Source of the DNA: Syntrophales bacterium
GTDB lineage: Bacteria; Desulfobacterota; Syntrophia; Syntrophales; UBA2210
DNA: 62,279 bases
Assembly: GCA_028718565.1 (NCBI GenBank)
Contig: JAQULO010000005.1
Coordinates: 1 to 62,279, forward strand
Direction of reading: 5' to 3'
Shown here: one piece after another, positions 53,709 to 62,111 of the stretch
Numbering within the stretch: the stretch's first letter is position 1
Layout of the letters: the number at the start of each line of letters is the position of its first letter
Made by a program: the position numbers and the translations under genes
The notes under the pieces: generated by a model
What the model was told of the DNA's origin: nothing
Seen by the model: only the letters and a program-made list of their open reading frames with translations
Database searches by the model: none

Positions 53709-55007
53709 ATGAAAGAATCGCCCAATTTTAAGATCCGGAGGCTGGGGAAACCGACCGTTTCATCACCGATTACTTCAGCGTACTTCATGTCGGACAACAA
53801 GCGGGTTCTGTACGATCCGTACCTACATCCCGATTCTCTGCGGGCAGCAGGAAATACCCCACTATCCATTGAAGTTGCCGGCCCGAGAAGGACCCTCTAC
53901 TTCGATCCCGCACAGACAAAGGCCGCCATCGTCACCTGTGGCGGTCTGAGCCCCGGCATCAACGATGTCATACGGGCGGTGGTCATGGGACTCTACTACC
54001 GGTACGGTGTTGAAAAGATCGTCGGCATACGCTACGGCTTCCAGGGTCTTGTCCCTGAGTACGGCCACGCACCGGTAGCCCTGACGCCGGAGGTGGTCAA
54101 GGACATACACACACTTGGCGGAAGTATCCTTTCATCTTCACGAGGCAGCCAGGATATCGCGACAATGGTCGACACCCTGTGCAAAATGAACATTAATCTC
54201 TTTTTCTGCGTGGGCGGCGACGGGACAATGCGTGCGGCTGAACGCATAGCGGAAGAAATAAGGAGCAGAGGCATAGAGATGGGCGTTATCGGCATACCGA
54301 AGACCATCGATAACGACCTGAATCTGATCGATAAGACCTTTGGATTTGATACGGCGATCTCCATGGTGGTCAATGCTATTCAGTGTGCCCATGTAGAGGC
54401 GAAGGGCGCGCCCATGGGGATAGGTCTTGTTAAGATAATGGGGAGGGAGTCGGGTCATATCGTCCTGAACGCCGCGCTCGCCCAGAATGACGTCAATTTT
54501 GCCCTCATCCCCGAGGTCCCCTTTGACCTGGAAGGCGAAAAAGGCCTGTTCAGGCTACTGGAGAAGCGCCTTCTGGAGAGGAAACACGCCGTCATATTGG
54601 TAGCGGAAGGCGCCGGGCAGGATCTGTGCGCCGGAAGCAGCCTGAAACGGACCGACGCATCCGGAAATATACGGCTCCAGGATATCGGAGTTTATCTGAA
54701 GGAACGTATCGAAGAGTATTTTAAAGAGACAGGCCTGGAGATCAATCTCAAATATATCGATCCCAGTTATACCATACGGAGTGTCCCCGCCAATGCCAGT
54801 GACAGTATATACTGCGAGCTTCTGGGGCAGTTCGCCGTACACGCCGGGATGGCGGGAAAGACAGACCTGGTAGTGGGTCTCTTCAAGGGAGAATATGTTC
54901 ATCTGCCGCTTAAATCGGTAGCATCCCGTAAAAAGGTAAATACGAAGGGCAATCTGTGGATGCGTGTCCTCGAAGCGACGGGGCAACCGGCATCAATGAA
55001 GAATTAA
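53709..55007 (+). CDS. pfkA: 6-phosphofructokinase (long form; GGDG motif suggests ATP dependence)
   Basis: CGGLSPGINDVIRAVV, VGGDGTMRAA and IPKTIDNDL motifs. 432 aa with a roughly 70-aa N-terminal extension. Confidence 0.85.
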   Translation: MKESPNFKIRRLGKPTVSSPITSAYFMSDNKRVLYDPYLHPDSLRAAGNTPLSIEVAGPRRTLYFDPAQTKAAIVTCGGLSPGINDVIRAVVMGLYYRYGVEKIVGIRYGFQGLVPEYGHAPVALTPEVVKDIHTLGGSILSSSRGSQDIATMVDTLCKMNINLFFCVGGDGTMRAAERIAEEIRSRGIEMGVIGIPKTIDNDLNLIDKTFGFDTAISMVVNAIQCAHVEAKGAPMGIGLVKIMGRESGHIVLNAALAQNDVNFALIPEVPFDLEGEKGLFRLLEKRLLERKHAVILVAEGAGQDLCAGSSLKRTDASGNIRLQDIGVYLKERIEEYFKETGLEINLKYIDPSYTIRSVPANASDSIYCELLGQFAVHAGMAGKTDLVVGLFKGEYVHLPLKSVASRKKVNTKGNLWMRVLEATGQPASMKN

Positions 55008-55068
55008 CGTTGCCGGATGAGAAAACCGAAGTAATACCAAAAAAACACTTGCAAAAATCCTCGTTATA

Positions 55069-55127
55069 GTCTAGGAAACAGCCTGATTTTCTAGCCCGCT
55101 AGCGTCTAGGAAACAGCCTGATTTTCT
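55069..55127 (+). repeat. Perfect 24-nt direct repeat GTCTAGGAAACAGCCTGATTTTCT x2 (35-nt period) in the rpmB leader
   Basis: Copies at 55069-55092 and 55104-55127. The second copy ends 1 nt before the AAAGGAG SD of rpmB. Confidence 0.95.
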
Positions 55128-55141
55128 GAAAGGAGTTTATT

Positions 55142-55339
55142 ATGTCTCGATTTTGTGAGATCTGCGGTAAGGGGCCCGTCGTAGGAAACAGCGTCAGCCA
55201 TGCGAACAACAAGACAAAGAGGGTCTGGTACCCCAACCTCCAGAAGTTGCGGGTTGTGGTTCCGAAGACAGGCGCCGTAAAGAGGATGAAGGTCTGTACC
55301 CGATGCCTGCGTTCGGGTGCCGTCAGGAAGGCCGTCTAA
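55142..55339 (+). CDS. rpmB: 50S ribosomal protein L28
   Basis: [27 protein letters not shown]... 65 aa. Confidence 0.95.
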   Translation: MSRFCEICGKGPVVGNSVSHANNKTKRVWYPNLQKLRVVVPKTGAVKRMKVCTRCLRSGAVRKAV

Positions 55340-55348
55340 GAATGGCCG

Positions 55349-55376
55349 GTATCCGTCTGAACCGTCAGACGGATAC
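55349..55376. terminator. Perfect 12-bp hairpin between convergent rpmB and the 55396 gene (no clear U-tract)
   Basis: GTATCCGTCTGA-ACCG-TCAGACGGATAC. Confidence 0.45.
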
Positions 55377-55395
55377 AATATCCACCCTCCCTAAA

Positions 55396-55809
55396 TTATT
55401 CATTGATTACCATCTTCTTCATATCAGCGAGGCTTATTTGGAATGTTCCGTGCGCCGTTCTGCCGTATGCCTTATGGCTTCCGTCCAGTATTAGTTCATC
55501 GCTGGTATTGTTTTTCAGGCGCACCAGACCTCTCAGCTCTTTCCCCTTTAAAAGGAACACGACGCCCTCCACCTCTTCAAAGGGAATTGTGTATGCACCT
55601 TTCCCCTTTTTTCCCTCGATAAAGGTTTTTCCCTCTATGCTTACCTCAGTGCATTTAGTGATGATATCCATCTGATCGACAAAGGTAGCGCTGAACTTCT
55701 TTTCGGTAGCAGGGACCTTGCCCGGCGTATCGCTCCCCGTTATGGATCCCATACCAAAAATAAACGGAAGAAACAGCATGACCAAAAAATACCTGCATAC
55801 TTTTTTCAT
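55396..55809 (-). CDS. Hypothetical secreted protein
   Basis: 137 aa. Signal peptide MKKVCRYFLVMLFLPFIFGMGS. ATGA overlap with the upstream DUF4911-like gene. No family recognised. Confidence 0.5.
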   Translation of the reverse strand: MKKVCRYFLVMLFLPFIFGMGSITGSDTPGKVPATEKKFSATFVDQMDIITKCTEVSIEGKTFIEGKKGKGAYTIPFEEVEGVVFLLKGKELRGLVRLKNNTSDELILDGSHKAYGRTAHGTFQISLADMKKMVINE

Positions 55810-56042
55810 TTTCTTTCCCCTCCATCAATCTCGCACATATCGATTTCTCCTTTCAACGCTTCCAGTATTCCGTCAACATCGGAACCGAAGTCAGGTACTA
55901 TGGAAAGCTGCACCACCGCTTCGTTTCTGTCGATAGTTGTAACTGTCACAAGGCCTTCATACCCCTCAAGGATATATTTGATATATGCAATATCCTTGCG
56001 GTCCAATCTCAGATTTTTTGTTATCACATCCCCTTCCTGCAT
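55806..56042 (-). CDS. DUF4911-like small protein
   Basis: 78 aa. LDRKDIAYIKYILEGYEGLVTVTTID resembles the DUF4911 family; this rests on memory only. Confidence 0.5.
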   Translation of the reverse strand: MQEGDVITKNLRLDRKDIAYIKYILEGYEGLVTVTTIDRNEAVVQLSIVPDFGSDVDGILEALKGEIDMCEIDGGERK

Positions 56043-56092
56043 GAATTACTCGTAACATCAGGCTCCTGAAACATCAAGGAATAAATCCCTCC

Positions 56093-56121
56093 TTGACACG
56101 ACCGGACGCCTTGACTATAGT
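56093..56121 (+). promoter_or_regulatory. Putative sigma-70 promoter of recJ (TTGACA-17-TATAGT)
   Basis: TTGACA at 56093-56098, 17-nt spacer, TATAGT at 56116-56121, about 38 nt upstream of the recJ ATG. Confidence 0.55.
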
Positions 56122-56158
56122 CCGGGTTTAATCCGATCAGGATAGAAAATAGAAAATC

Positions 56159-57901
56159 ATGCTGCCAATCACCCGCTGGAAACTCCCCTATACCAACAAA
56201 GGGGCCCAATCTCTCCTGGCCCTGGAACTGGGGATCGCCCCCCTTATATCGCAGATATTGATTAATCGTGGCATAACAGCCCCGGATGACGCCAAGAGGT
56301 TTCTTTTCCCCTCTCTGGAACACCTGCACAACCCCTTTCTTATGAAAGATATGGAAAAGGGTGTCGACAGGCTGATACAGGCGATCCAGGAAAGAGAACG
56401 AATCGTTATCTACGGAGATTATGATGCGGATGGCATTACATCCACCGTAATTCTCGTAAAGTTTCTCCGGGAAATCCATGATCGGACAACCTATTACATC
56501 CCCGAAAGGGTTAAAGAAGGGTATGGCCTCGGCAAGGCGGCAATAGACAGATTCAGGGAAGATGGAACCAACCTTATCGTAACCGTGGACTGCGGAATCT
56601 CCGATCATGAGGAAATCGCCTACGCAATCACCTCGGGCATCGATGTGATCGTAACTGATCATCATGAAGTCCCCGATATCATGCCCGAATGCAGCGCCGT
56701 CATAAATCCCCATCGCCGTGACTGCTCGTTCCCCTTCAAAGCTCTCGCCGGGGTCGGCGTAGCCTTTAATCTCTTGATCGCGCTACGCGGGAAACTTCGG
56801 AACCTGGGTTTCTGGAAAGACAGGGAATACCCGAATCTCATGAAGTATCTGGATCTGGTTGCCATCGGAACCATCGGCGACGTTGTCCCTCTTGTCGACG
56901 AAAACAGGGTCCTCGCAAAGATAGGGCTCGGCGTGGTGAACAATACCGAAAGGATCGGGCTCAAGGCGCTGATGGTGATAAGCGATATCGGAGGCCGTGA
57001 CGTCAACTCAGAATCGGCGGCATTCAGACTGATCCCCCGCATCAATGCCGCGGGCAGGATCGGATCTCCCGGAGATGCCGTGGAACTGCTCCTGACTGAG
57101 GACGCAGGCAGGGCAACGCTGCTTGCCGAGCGCCTCGATTCATATAACAGAAAACGTCAGGAGATCGAGAAAACAATCCTGGATGAAACCCTTGACGAGA
57201 TACATGCAAACATTGATATTGGCAGTGTAAATTCTCTTGTTTTCTCGTCTCACACGTGGCATCCGGGCGTCATAGGCATCGTGGCATCAAAGCTTGTGGA
57301 CCGTTATTACATGCCTACTATACTGATCAGCGTGAAAGACGGCGTAGGAAAGGGATCAGGCAGGAGCATCGTCGAATTCAACCTGTATGAAGGACTGGAC
57401 AAAAACTGTTCCTCCCTGTTGCTTTCCTACGGCGGACACCGGTACGCGGCCGGAATCTCCATACGGGAGAAGGATATAGAGGAATTCTCGGCGCTCTTAA
57501 GCACCGCGGTACGTGAAGATATTGGTGACGAAAGATTGGCTCCCCAGACCGTCATAGATGCCCTCTGTGCTCTGAACGAAATAGATTATACCCTCATCTC
57601 TCAAATAGAGATGCTGGCCCCCTTTGGAAACATGAACCCCGAGCCCCTCCTCTGCGCACAAGAGGTAACGATATCCTCCCCTGTGATGGTCGGGAACAAT
57701 CATCTGAAGATGCGCGCCAATGAAAACAGTACGTACTGCGATACCATATGGTTCAATAACGGGCACCTGTCCGACCTTCTTGCCGGATCAACGACCGATA
57801 TCGTCTTTACCCCCCAGATAAACCACTGGAACGGAAAGAGCAGCATCCAGCTCAAGATGAAGGATGCGTCGGCACCCTGCCCGGGGAAAAGTGGATATTG
57901 A
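56159..57901 (+). CDS. recJ: Single-stranded-DNA-specific exonuclease RecJ
   Basis: 580 aa. DHH motifs (IYGDYDADGITS, DCGI, VTDHH) plus the DHHA1 domain (GGHRYAAG). Confidence 0.92.
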   Translation: MLPITRWKLPYTNKGAQSLLALELGIAPLISQILINRGITAPDDAKRFLFPSLEHLHNPFLMKDMEKGVDRLIQAIQERERIVIYGDYDADGITSTVILVKFLREIHDRTTYYIPERVKEGYGLGKAAIDRFREDGTNLIVTVDCGISDHEEIAYAITSGIDVIVTDHHEVPDIMPECSAVINPHRRDCSFPFKALAGVGVAFNLLIALRGKLRNLGFWKDREYPNLMKYLDLVAIGTIGDVVPLVDENRVLAKIGLGVVNNTERIGLKALMVISDIGGRDVNSESAAFRLIPRINAAGRIGSPGDAVELLLTEDAGRATLLAERLDSYNRKRQEIEKTILDETLDEIHANIDIGSVNSLVFSSHTWHPGVIGIVASKLVDRYYMPTILISVKDGVGKGSGRSIVEFNLYEGLDKNCSSLLLSYGGHRYAAGISIREKDIEEFSALLSTAVREDIGDERLAPQTVIDALCALNEIDYTLISQIEMLAPFGNMNPEPLLCAQEVTISSPVMVGNNHLKMRANENSTYCDTIWFNNGHLSDLLAGSTTDIVFTPQINHWNGKSSIQLKMKDASAPCPGKSGY

Positions 57902-58161
57902 ACAATGTCGGCAGCATGGTAAGTATAATCCGGATGAAATTAAAGGTTTAGCAATTTTTTGGTTTCTCTTTTTTGAAAAACATGTTATCCATCCTTCGTC
58001 CTGTTGAAAGGGCGAAGTAAATCATAGAAAACCACGGCACATGACGTTGAGCGTCTGATTGTTTCGAAGGCCTTCTATTTGAGGTAGCAGTACTATATCT
58101 CTACCCTTTTTCATGTCTTTATGATCAGTTACAGATTTTTTCTCGTAGGCTGAACGTTCAT

Positions 58162-59430
58162 ATGACCCCAGCAACTTATTCCCCAAAGCTCGCGATCTGT
58201 TTTATCCTCGAATATTATTATCCCCATGTCGGAGGAGGAGAAGTCCTCTTCCAAAAGCTGGCGGAAGGTCTTGTGAAAGAGGGACACCGGTGTGATGTGG
58301 TTACCTGCCGTATTCCAGGAACAAAAAAGTTTGAGGTGGTAAATGGAGTAAATATCTACAGGGTTCGGGTTCCCGGATGTGCGGACCGATATTGGTTTAC
58401 CTTCATGAGTATTCCTCTGGCTTGGAAAATTGCCAAAAGGGCGGACATCATCCATACCATGACATACAACGGGGCATTTCCGGCCTGGTTAATCGCCGGG
58501 ATGCGGAAAAAACCGGTGGTGATTACGATTCACGAGGTTTTGGGAAAAAAGTGGATGGAGTTAAACTTTAATTTCCTGGCCGCTTTTTCGTGCAGGTTGA
58601 TTGAAAATACGATTCTCCACCTTCCTTACGATGGCTATTCCTGTAATTCCAAAAACACCATGAATTGCCTGACAGATTGGGGAATAGATTCAAAAAAGGC
58701 GTTTCTGGCCTATCCGGGTATAGATAATCAATTATTCAAACCAAAACCAGATGAAGAAGCAAAAAAGATCCGAAGAAAATTAGGGATTAAGGATTCCACA
58801 TTTCTATATTCCTATTACGGACGGCCGGGAATGGTAAAGGGGCTTGAATATCTGATTCGAGCTGTTCCTCTGATTAAAAAAGAAATTTTTGATTCAAAGC
58901 TCCTTTTAATTCTATCAAAAGATCCGCCAACCAAATATAGAGAGATGGAACACCTTATCCGAACAATGAAGTTAGATAATGTGATTGTCCATGACTCCAT
59001 TCCGAGAGAAGTGCTGCCGTGTTATATCCAGGCAACCGATTGTGTGGTTGTTCCATCTTTAAATGAAGGGTTTGGATTTACCTGTGTAGAGGCCTGCACG
59101 ATGGGAAAACCTGTGGTGGCGAGCAATGTCGGATCTATTCCTGAAGTAATTTTCGGAAGGTATGTTCTGGTGCCCCCGCGTGACCCTGAAGCGTTGGCCG
59201 ATGGGGTGGTGAAAACTTTTCGGGAAAAGTATGAGACTGGTGAACAAAAAATGTACCGCTGGGATAATACAGTACAAAAACACCTGGAAGCTTACCGCGA
59301 GATCATTTTAAATCGCGAAATGGCAATTTCACAAAAAGCTCCTTCACCCCGACAAGTCAGGGTTATAATGGAAAGAAACCCGGGGACGGAGAAGGAGCGG
59401 ATTAACCCTCGGGGGCATGACCCGATTTAG
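58162..59430 (+). CDS. Glycosyltransferase family 4 (GT-B)
   Basis: 422 aa. YYYPHVGGGE N-terminus and the EGFGFTCVEA E-x7-E region. The C-terminal tail runs into repeat element A. Confidence 0.8.
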   Translation: MTPATYSPKLAICFILEYYYPHVGGGEVLFQKLAEGLVKEGHRCDVVTCRIPGTKKFEVVNGVNIYRVRVPGCADRYWFTFMSIPLAWKIAKRADIIHTMTYNGAFPAWLIAGMRKKPVVITIHEVLGKKWMELNFNFLAAFSCRLIENTILHLPYDGYSCNSKNTMNCLTDWGIDSKKAFLAYPGIDNQLFKPKPDEEAKKIRRKLGIKDSTFLYSYYGRPGMVKGLEYLIRAVPLIKKEIFDSKLLLILSKDPPTKYREMEHLIRTMKLDNVIVHDSIPREVLPCYIQATDCVVVPSLNEGFGFTCVEACTMGKPVVASNVGSIPEVIFGRYVLVPPRDPEALADGVVKTFREKYETGEQKMYRWDNTVQKHLEAYREIILNREMAISQKAPSPRQVRVIMERNPGTEKERINPRGHDPI

Positions 59431-59462
59431 TTTTATCAAATCGGGATCGCGTCCCCAGACAG
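59409..59462 (+). repeat. Hairpin repeat element, copy A
   Basis: TCGGGGGCATGACCCGATTT-loop-AAATCGGGATCGCGTCCCCAGACAG. About 80% identical to copy B, with a compensatory change in the inner stem. Confidence 0.85.
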
Positions 59463-59469
59463 GACCGAT

Positions 59470-60558
59470 TTGACCAATAAAAAGGGGATAATACTTTACG
59501 ATTTTTTTGCGGTAGCCGGCGGGGCCGAACGGGTGATACTGCTACTGGCAGAGGCGCTTGACCATGTGGACTTGTGCCTTGGCTACCGGGATGCCAAGGG
59601 TATAACCGATAGGGAGATGGACGGAATCAAATGCTATGAGCTTTCAAAAAAATGCGATATCCCTCCCTTGCGAACGATCAAATTGATGAGGGCGTTTGTT
59701 TCAAAGACAGAATTCTTGTCCGGTTATGAATGGGCTCTTTTCAGCGGTGCCATTGCTCCCCTGGCGGTAGCAAACCATCAGGAAGGGCGAAATCTGCTCT
59801 ACTGTCACACTATTCCCCGGTTTGCTTATGATCTGAAAGACTACTACATGAACCTGCTTCCGGGGTGGCAACGACCTTTGTTGAAGGCTCTTATTGAATA
59901 TACCAGGCCTCGATACGAAGCCGCGGTTTCAAAAATGGACACGATAATTGTAAATTCTGAAAACGTCCGAAAACGGTTAAAAACCTATTTAGGAGTAGAT
60001 TCACAGGTCATATGCCCGCCCTGCGAAACCGGGAAATTTCAATGGCTGGGTGAAGGTGGGTATTATCTATCAACCGCCCGCCTGGAAAACTTTAAACGGG
60101 TAGAATTGATAATCCGCGCATTTATTCGGATGCCGGATAAAAAGCTTGTAGTTACTTCCGGAGGGTCGGAACTGAATCGTCTTAAACGCCTGGCCCAGGA
60201 CTCTCACAACATCACCTTCACCGGATGGACGAGCGAGGAAGAACTGCTGAAGCTGGTGGGTAATGCAATCGCCACTGTATACATTCCTATTGATGAGGAT
60301 TTCGGGATGTCGCCGGTGGAATCCATGGCCGCAGGAAAACCGGTAATCGGGGTCCGTGAAGGGGGGCTTCTTGAAACCGTTATTCATGGCGAGACAGGTT
60401 TATTGATTTCTTCGAATCCATCGGAGGAAGATATCATCGAAGCGGTTCAGAAAATGGGGACAGAAACAGCCCGGGCGATGAAAGACGCTTGCGAAACCCG
60501 AGCGCGTCTGTTCGACAAAGGGATTTTCTTAGAAAAAATATATGCCGTGCTGCAATAA
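59470..60558 (+). CDS. Glycosyltransferase family 4 (GT-B)
   Basis: 362 aa. VAGGAERV N-terminus and EDFGMSPVES E-x7-E region. TTG start as given by the ORF track. Confidence 0.8.
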   Translation: MTNKKGIILYDFFAVAGGAERVILLLAEALDHVDLCLGYRDAKGITDREMDGIKCYELSKKCDIPPLRTIKLMRAFVSKTEFLSGYEWALFSGAIAPLAVANHQEGRNLLYCHTIPRFAYDLKDYYMNLLPGWQRPLLKALIEYTRPRYEAAVSKMDTIIVNSENVRKRLKTYLGVDSQVICPPCETGKFQWLGEGGYYLSTARLENFKRVELIIRAFIRMPDKKLVVTSGGSELNRLKRLAQDSHNITFTGWTSEEELLKLVGNAIATVYIPIDEDFGMSPVESMAAGKPVIGVREGGLLETVIHGETGLLISSNPSEEDIIEAVQKMGTETARAMKDACETRARLFDKGIFLEKIYAVLQ

Positions 60559-60560
60559 AA

Positions 60561-60614
60561 CCCGGGGACATGACCCAATTTGGAGTTGTAAATTGGGATC
60601 GTGTCCCCAGACAG
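60561..60614 (+). repeat. Hairpin repeat element, copy B
   Basis: CCCGGGGACATGACCCAATTT-loop-AAATTGGGATCGTGTCCCCAGACAG. Confidence 0.85.
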
Positions 60615-60618
60615 AAAC

Positions 60619-61389
60619 ATGATACTAAACCAACGTCATCTGGAAATAATTCTATTCAAAGCATACGCTAACCTTCGTTCGGAGGCATCCCGCACCTACC
60701 TCAGTTTTATGTGGTGGGTCATTGACCCCATTCTTTCCATGATCGTTTACTATGTCGTATTCGCCATCCTGCTTCAGCGGGGCACTAAGGACTATGTCCC
60801 TTTCCTGATTATCGGTTTGATTGTCTGGCAATGGTTTACCAACACGGTAAACCACGGCATGACGACTATCCAGGGGAATATCCAACTGATGAATCAGGTG
60901 CACCTGCCGAAAGTGATTTTCCCCAGTATCGAAATACTAATGGATACGTTTAAGTTTTTCATTGTTTTTCTTTTGGTTCTCATCTTTCTCTGGATTTACG
61001 GGTTTGGCGTAAGCTCCGCATATCTGGCATTGCCCCTGATTCTTGGCGTACAACTCCTTTTTACTATGGCGCTGACCTATCTGCTGGCCGCCGTAATTCC
61101 CTTTCTTCCGGATCTCAAATTTTTGGTGAAAACCGTATTACAGTTGGTCTTTTTCCTGTCAGGAATATTTTTTGACGGTTCCAAAATCCCGGAACATTAC
61201 CAGCCCTACTTCTACGCCAATCCCATGGCAACCCTTATTGAAGATTATAGAAATGTGCTGATGCACAACCTCTGGCCTGACCTGAACGCGCTGGCGGTTA
61301 TATGTCTGTTCTCCGCGCTCGGGGTTTACGCGGCTTATCGCCTTATTGGCCATTTCGACCATGTATATCCTCGGGTGACAATGCAATGA
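60619..61389 (+). CDS. ABC-2 type polysaccharide/O-antigen export permease (Wzm-like)
   Basis: About 256 aa, six predicted TM helices. YLSFMWWVIDPIL is typical of the ABC-2 family. ATG 60619 preferred over GTG 60601, which lies inside the repeat. Confidence 0.8.
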   Translation: MILNQRHLEIILFKAYANLRSEASRTYLSFMWWVIDPILSMIVYYVVFAILLQRGTKDYVPFLIIGLIVWQWFTNTVNHGMTTIQGNIQLMNQVHLPKVIFPSIEILMDTFKFFIVFLLVLIFLWIYGFGVSSAYLALPLILGVQLLFTMALTYLLAAVIPFLPDLKFLVKTVLQLVFFLSGIFFDGSKIPEHYQPYFYANPMATLIEDYRNVLMHNLWPDLNALAVICLFSALGVYAAYRLIGHFDHVYPRVTMQ

Positions 61390-62111
61390 TTGGACAAGAA
61401 CAAAATGGTGACATTGCGATTTCACTGCGAAATGTAGCTGTCTACTTCTGGCTGAGAAATGGATTTATGCACCGGCATCGATTCGCTGCACTAAAAGATG
61501 TATCTTTCGATCTCCTTCACGGAGAGTCTCTTGGTATAATTGGCCGTAACGGTGCGGGAAAGACCACCCTGCTACGTCTTTTAGGCGGCATTACACGTCC
61601 TGACAAAGGAACTCTCATTAATAATGGGTACAAGACATCTCTCTTATCGCTTCAAGCGGGTTTTGATCCTCAGTTGTCCGGGTTTTACAACGCGATCTTG
61701 AGCGGGATGCTTTTAGGATTTACCAAGGAGGAAGTAGAAGCTAAGCTATATGAAATTGTGACATTCGCGGAGCTTGAAGAATTTATCGATCAGCCTGTTC
61801 GTACTTATTCTTCAGGAATGAAAGCCCGTCTCGGTTTCTCAGTGGCTTTCCATCTGGATCCTGATGTATTACTAGTGGATGAGGTATTGGCCGTGGGGGA
61901 CGCTGATTTCCAAAAAAAATCCCTTGCGGTGATGAAGGAAAAGATCCGTTCAAAAAAAACCATTGTCCTGGTTTCCCATAGCGTCGGGACCATACGGAAA
62001 CTATGCGACAGGACCGTCTGGATCGAAGAGGGAGTTACCCGGGCCGAAGGTGACACGGAGTCAGTTCTTCAAGAATATGAAGAATTCCTTCGATCATTTA
62101 AGTCTGGCTGA
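61386..62111 (+). CDS. Polysaccharide export ABC transporter ATP-binding protein (Wzt/TagH-like)
   Basis: Walker A GRNGAGKTT, signature YSSGMKARL, Walker B LLVDEVLAVGD. ATGA overlap with the permease. Confidence 0.85.
   Translation: MIGQEQNGDIAISLRNVAVYFWLRNGFMHRHRFAALKDVSFDLLHGESLGIIGRNGAGKTTLLRLLGGITRPDKGTLINNGYKTSLLSLQAGFDPQLSGFYNAILSGMLLGFTKEEVEAKLYEIVTFAELEEFIDQPVRTYSSGMKARLGFSVAFHLDPDVLLVDEVLAVGDADFQKKSLAVMKEKIRSKKTIVLVSHSVGTIRKLCDRTVWIEEGVTRAEGDTESVLQEYEEFLRSFKSG

Noticed and set aside
55069-55127. Possible CRISPR array (a perfect 24-nt direct repeat).
   Set aside because: There are only two copies, the spacer is 11 nt, there are no cas genes, and the location is an r-protein leader. 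It is not a CRISPR array.
58070-58100. ops/JUMPstart-like element (GAGGTAGCAGT) in the leader of the glycan cluster.
   Set aside because: Only 7 of 12 positions match the enterobacterial ops sequence GGCGGTAGCGTG. The relevance of RfaH-type antitermination in this lineage is unknown.
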